Positions 60,501 through 64,000 of a DNA stretch of 64,000 nt are shown here, piece after piece. The notes under the pieces were generated by a model, which had not been told where the DNA came from, did not search any database, and saw nothing but the letters and a program-made list of their open reading frames with translations. Location of the stretch: positions 8,432,001-8,496,000 of the forward strand of contig CM119374.1 in NCBI GenBank assembly GCA_051294905.1, in the 5' to 3' direction. Every line of letters begins with the position of its first letter. Position 1 is the stretch's first letter. Both the position numbers and the translations under genes were made by a program. The stretch comes from Botryllus schlosseri (taxonomy: Eukaryota).

Positions 60501-63500
60501 GAACATAAACGAGGCATATTTATCAATTCACGGAACCTTCGTACCGAGTATGGCCGGATTTCTGGCCGGGCTTTTTCATTTTTGGCCGGAACCGGATTGG
60601 AGCCGGATCAGTACTTTTCCTCATGCGGCCGGATCGGAGCCGGACCAGAGAATTGCACAACCGGATCGGAGCCGGACCAGAGAATTTGTCGATCCGCTCC
60701 GCACTACTGTCTGATCACAACATGCATGGCACCAATAAAACGTCCACCCTGTAGTCATTATGTACACATTGATATGTATACAATACATGTTTGTTTTAAA
60801 TTGATTTTTGTTTTAAACACAACCCTAGTTTAGAGCAACCAGCTACGATCAACTTTGTCCAAGCCATTTTCCAAGACCCAGATAACTGAATTTTGGTCGT
60901 TTCTATATCCTATCTTACGAATTGCAAGCGTTACCATCGTCTGATTACTGGAATCATCAACGGAACGAAAAATACCTGACGGAGAAGTGCTATCCGAAAA
61001 GGGCCTTCACGACACCCAGCAAAACCAGACAAGTTCCACCCGACAATCATTCCCCGCCGATCTACTCCAAATCAAAGACGCCATCCGTAATTCCAATCAA
61101 AGAAACGAAAAAGTCAAAAAGGCACTCGTCAACCAATTTGGAGAAGGCGAAGAAAACCGACGGACCTTCTCTAGTCGAAATTAAAAATGTTCCGCCGCCC
61201 ACAATACGCCGAAAGTCGCGAGACATAATGCGAGAAAAAAGCGAAGCCCCCGAAGATCCAATCAAACCGAAATCCATCGTACAATCGTGCACTCAGTCGC
61301 CGAATATCATACCGAGACCTAGCAGGTCTTCCGAAAATCCCGCTGAGGTCTGGGCATTGCGGCCTAGAACTCACGAAGGACGAGAGAAGAATATGGAGGT
61401 GAAGCAGCTTTTGAAGTACCAGGTCCGCCACGAGAGGCCTGTCAGCACGTTTATATCGAGCGGTAGAAATTCGCACCAGTCGATGCGATGCGGGTATTGG
61501 GTTAATGCCGAAGATCCGCGACATCAGGTATGTAGATCGTATCCAGAACTAAAGCTCCATACTTCGGCATTTCATAAGTATGCGACGCAAGTCACTTCGA
61601 TCCCGAGTGCAATAAGTGACCAGGTTTTATAGATGTCTGCGTGTACGCTTGTAATTTTTGAACTCAAAATCTCCGATATCCAACGACAACGTCATCATGT
61701 ATTGAGCTTGATTTAAAACATTCGCAGGGTGGCTAGGTCGATCGTGATTTACCGGTAGATAGCGTAGCCATTCCAGGTAGGTCGTGCAGCAATACAGTTT
61801 GAAATGGGTGAAACGGGTGATGTCTACACCAAATTAATTATAGTTAGGTACCAATGCCGGGGTCAAATTACATCCCAAACCAACAAAAATGTCTAGAAAT
61901 GGGTACAAGCTACTAGTTTCCACGTTTTAGTCAGCAGTAAGGACTTGGTATTGTAGAGTACGATTGGATTTTTGCGAAAAGTATTGTAAGATGAGTACGG
62001 GGCGGCACGAAACTATGATATTTTGATCGAACCGTATTCCATGTACTTTTTTCGTATTTCATGGTGGGTAATATGAAAATCCCGATTAATATTATGATTC
62101 AGTTGTGGGACGCTTGTCCTAGCAATGTCCTCTCGCACTGCGATGCGAATTGCTTTGCTACTTGAATCCTAGACAAGTCGCACCCGACCAATAAGGCGAT
62201 AGGCACCTCCTGCGTAATTTTCAATAATGTTTATAATTATAGTGATGCCGTGTAACTCTGTTATCATCAAATATTACACCACGTAGTTATAGTTAATTTG
62301 GCAGCATCAATCGTGATTGATCGATGGAATGCATGGGGACGAAGTAGGCAATTTGTGCGACACTGGATTTTCTATATCGGCAATGCTGAAACCTACTTCG
62401 AATTATCACGTACTCAACCGATCGGCCATGGCGGGGCTGACCGTGGTCTGCAGATATCTTTGGAAAAATTGAAGTTCATGAGTCACGGTATATGACGTGG
62501 TGAGAGGAGGGGCAAACGGTGCACCTGATGTCTTCCTCAAAAATTAATTTGGCAGGTCACGGTATATTTGAAACCCTATTTAATCATTGAAAATGTATTC
62601 TTCCTTCAAATCTTTATACCGGTCACGCAAATATAGTCAGGGTATGCTTGCGCAAATGCATTCCTCATATCGAGCCGATTTCGAAACATCAGATGTAACA
62701 TTCAGTAATTTAAGCAGAGGTGGTCGAAGTAGTCACTTCTCTACTCAAGTAGAAGTAGCAGTAACGCCGAAATTTCTACTCAAGTAGAAGTAGGAGTGAG
62801 GGTTTACAAGTAAGTAAGTCGGTATTCTACGCCTATCTTTGCGTAAAATACTGAAAACTGTCAAGTAGAAGTGGAAGTAGTCTAAAAACACAACTACTTG
62901 ATAAGTTATGTGAGCAGACAAAATCTACTTGAAGTACTTCAAAACGTAGAAGTACTTCGTTACTGACCACCTCTGAATTTAGGTGACCGAAAATTTGTCC
63001 AAAACTATATAAGACGACATCGCCATTCATATAATACATGCAAGGATACTGTCATTTACATTTCGTGATTCCGAATCAAGAATTGTTGCAATTTCGGGAT
63101 AGGCGGGATGCTGTATACACGTGAAAATATCTAGGTAACTTATATTCCATATGAATCAGATGATATCATCTATTGATATCAGCGAGTTACACGGGACACA
63201 GCATGAAGGCAATTAGAGCAGGGCATGGATAATCCATGGACTGGATATCCACCGGAATTTTGTTTATTTCTGACTGGATCCAGATCGGAGCCGGATTCGT
63301 ACTATTTCTGATACGGCCGGAGTCGGATTCCATTTTGAAGAAACAGGATCGGTGTCAGTCTAGAGATTCGGCGATCTGACGTGCACTAAAGGCTATACGC
63401 AGCACTTATGCAATGTTTACATTTTCAGATGCATCATATAGGTTCGCGAGGCCGACAAAGCGCGGAAGGGGAAAGGTACACCAAAGATATGAACAGCGAA

Positions 63501-63755
63501 TTCACGGTATTCTCTCCTTCGGGAAACAAAATTTTATATCGGCGGGCACATCAGCCGAGGCAGACTATGCAAACTATACAGCAATTGAAGAAACAAGCAC
63601 GTTATGCAGCGAGAAGTAAAAAGCACTTTCTCCCGCTGCCGTCGTGCGGCATGCCGGACCGAAATTCACCAAGTCGAATGAACGATGCTCTTGCGATTCC
63701 AGCCGAAAGATTGTATAATTCCAAAACTGTCGTATTAAAAATGAATAAAGGCTAA
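57520..63755 (+). CDS. Candidate exons of an unidentified host gene (about 57521-57620, 57690-57846, 59290-59630, 60929-61526, 63430 onward)
   Basis: GC-richer open frames bounded by AG/GT: WERQMPLHGAWLVSYDTDLIQHLQEDQNSIILK joined to VSNLLRRCEPFSV; ORF 59352-59633 ending at GTAAGC; the 236-codon Lys/Pro/Ser-rich ORF 60922-61632. I recognised no family and did not verify exon connectivity. Confidence 0.4.
58405..58570 (+). mobile_element. 5'-truncated tRNA-derived SINE-like remnant
   Basis: B-box GGTTCGAGTCC followed by GGTCGACTCCAGC..., which resembles conserved SINE central domains. No cloverleaf. Confidence 0.45.
60280..60710. repeat. MITE-like element rich in CCGGATCGGAGCCGGA subrepeats; a related piece lies at about 63225-63350
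   Basis: Several CCGGATCGGAGCCGGA copies. Ends AGTGCGGATC and GATCCGCTCCGCACTACTG. Confidence 0.6.
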
Positions 63756-64000
63756 ATTGTGTTCAATACAGGACTGCCATACTGTCTTGATTTCTCAGAT
63801 TTGTGGTTATGTTGAAAGGTATGTTGAAGTTTGATGAAACTACCGTGTCCTTTTTGTTATAAAGTTTTCTTGATTTTGATATGTCCTTTTTTGTCCTTAG
63901 AGAGGCCGTGATTATTATTGCTTTTGCGCCGATATTATACGACATCATAACGGAATGGTACTCTCCTGTCGTTCACGTCACAAGTATACTGTCGATTTAC

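Overview
This is AT-rich eukaryotic DNA with many introns and transposons. Three copies of a motif I recall as the stolidobranch ascidian spliced leader (SL, ATTGGAGTATTTGGTTGTATTAAG) suggest an ascidian. That attribution is from memory and needs checking. Layout: (1) 1-16.4 kb holds phase-1 micro-exons of a Gly/Lys/Asp-rich gene on the minus strand. Its introns contain hAT MITEs and a nested hAT > Harbinger > MITE stack. (2) 19.8-26.1 kb and 43.8-51.5 kb are two arms of an inverted duplication. Each arm carries a 7-exon gene for a secreted Gly/Gln/Arg/Pro-repeat protein of about 200 aa, and each copy has a different lesion. (3) The 18-kb spacer between the arms is a cluster of elements linked to small nuclear RNAs. 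A full-length Tx1 LINE starts with the SL and sits directly upstream of a U6 gene. A 475-bp poly(A) element with antisense U2 plus SL at its head is inserted in an SL-like motif in the Tx1 3' UTR. The U6 gene is cut at nt 64 by a Dada-U6-like DNA transposon. A second Tx1 fragment and a near-intact R4/Dong LINE follow. (4) 52-64 kb holds a piggyBac relic, an Ig-domain gene with a solo LTR in an intron, and exons of an unidentified plus-strand gene. The strongest novelty candidates are the SL-headed retroelements and the U2/SL/U6 cluster.
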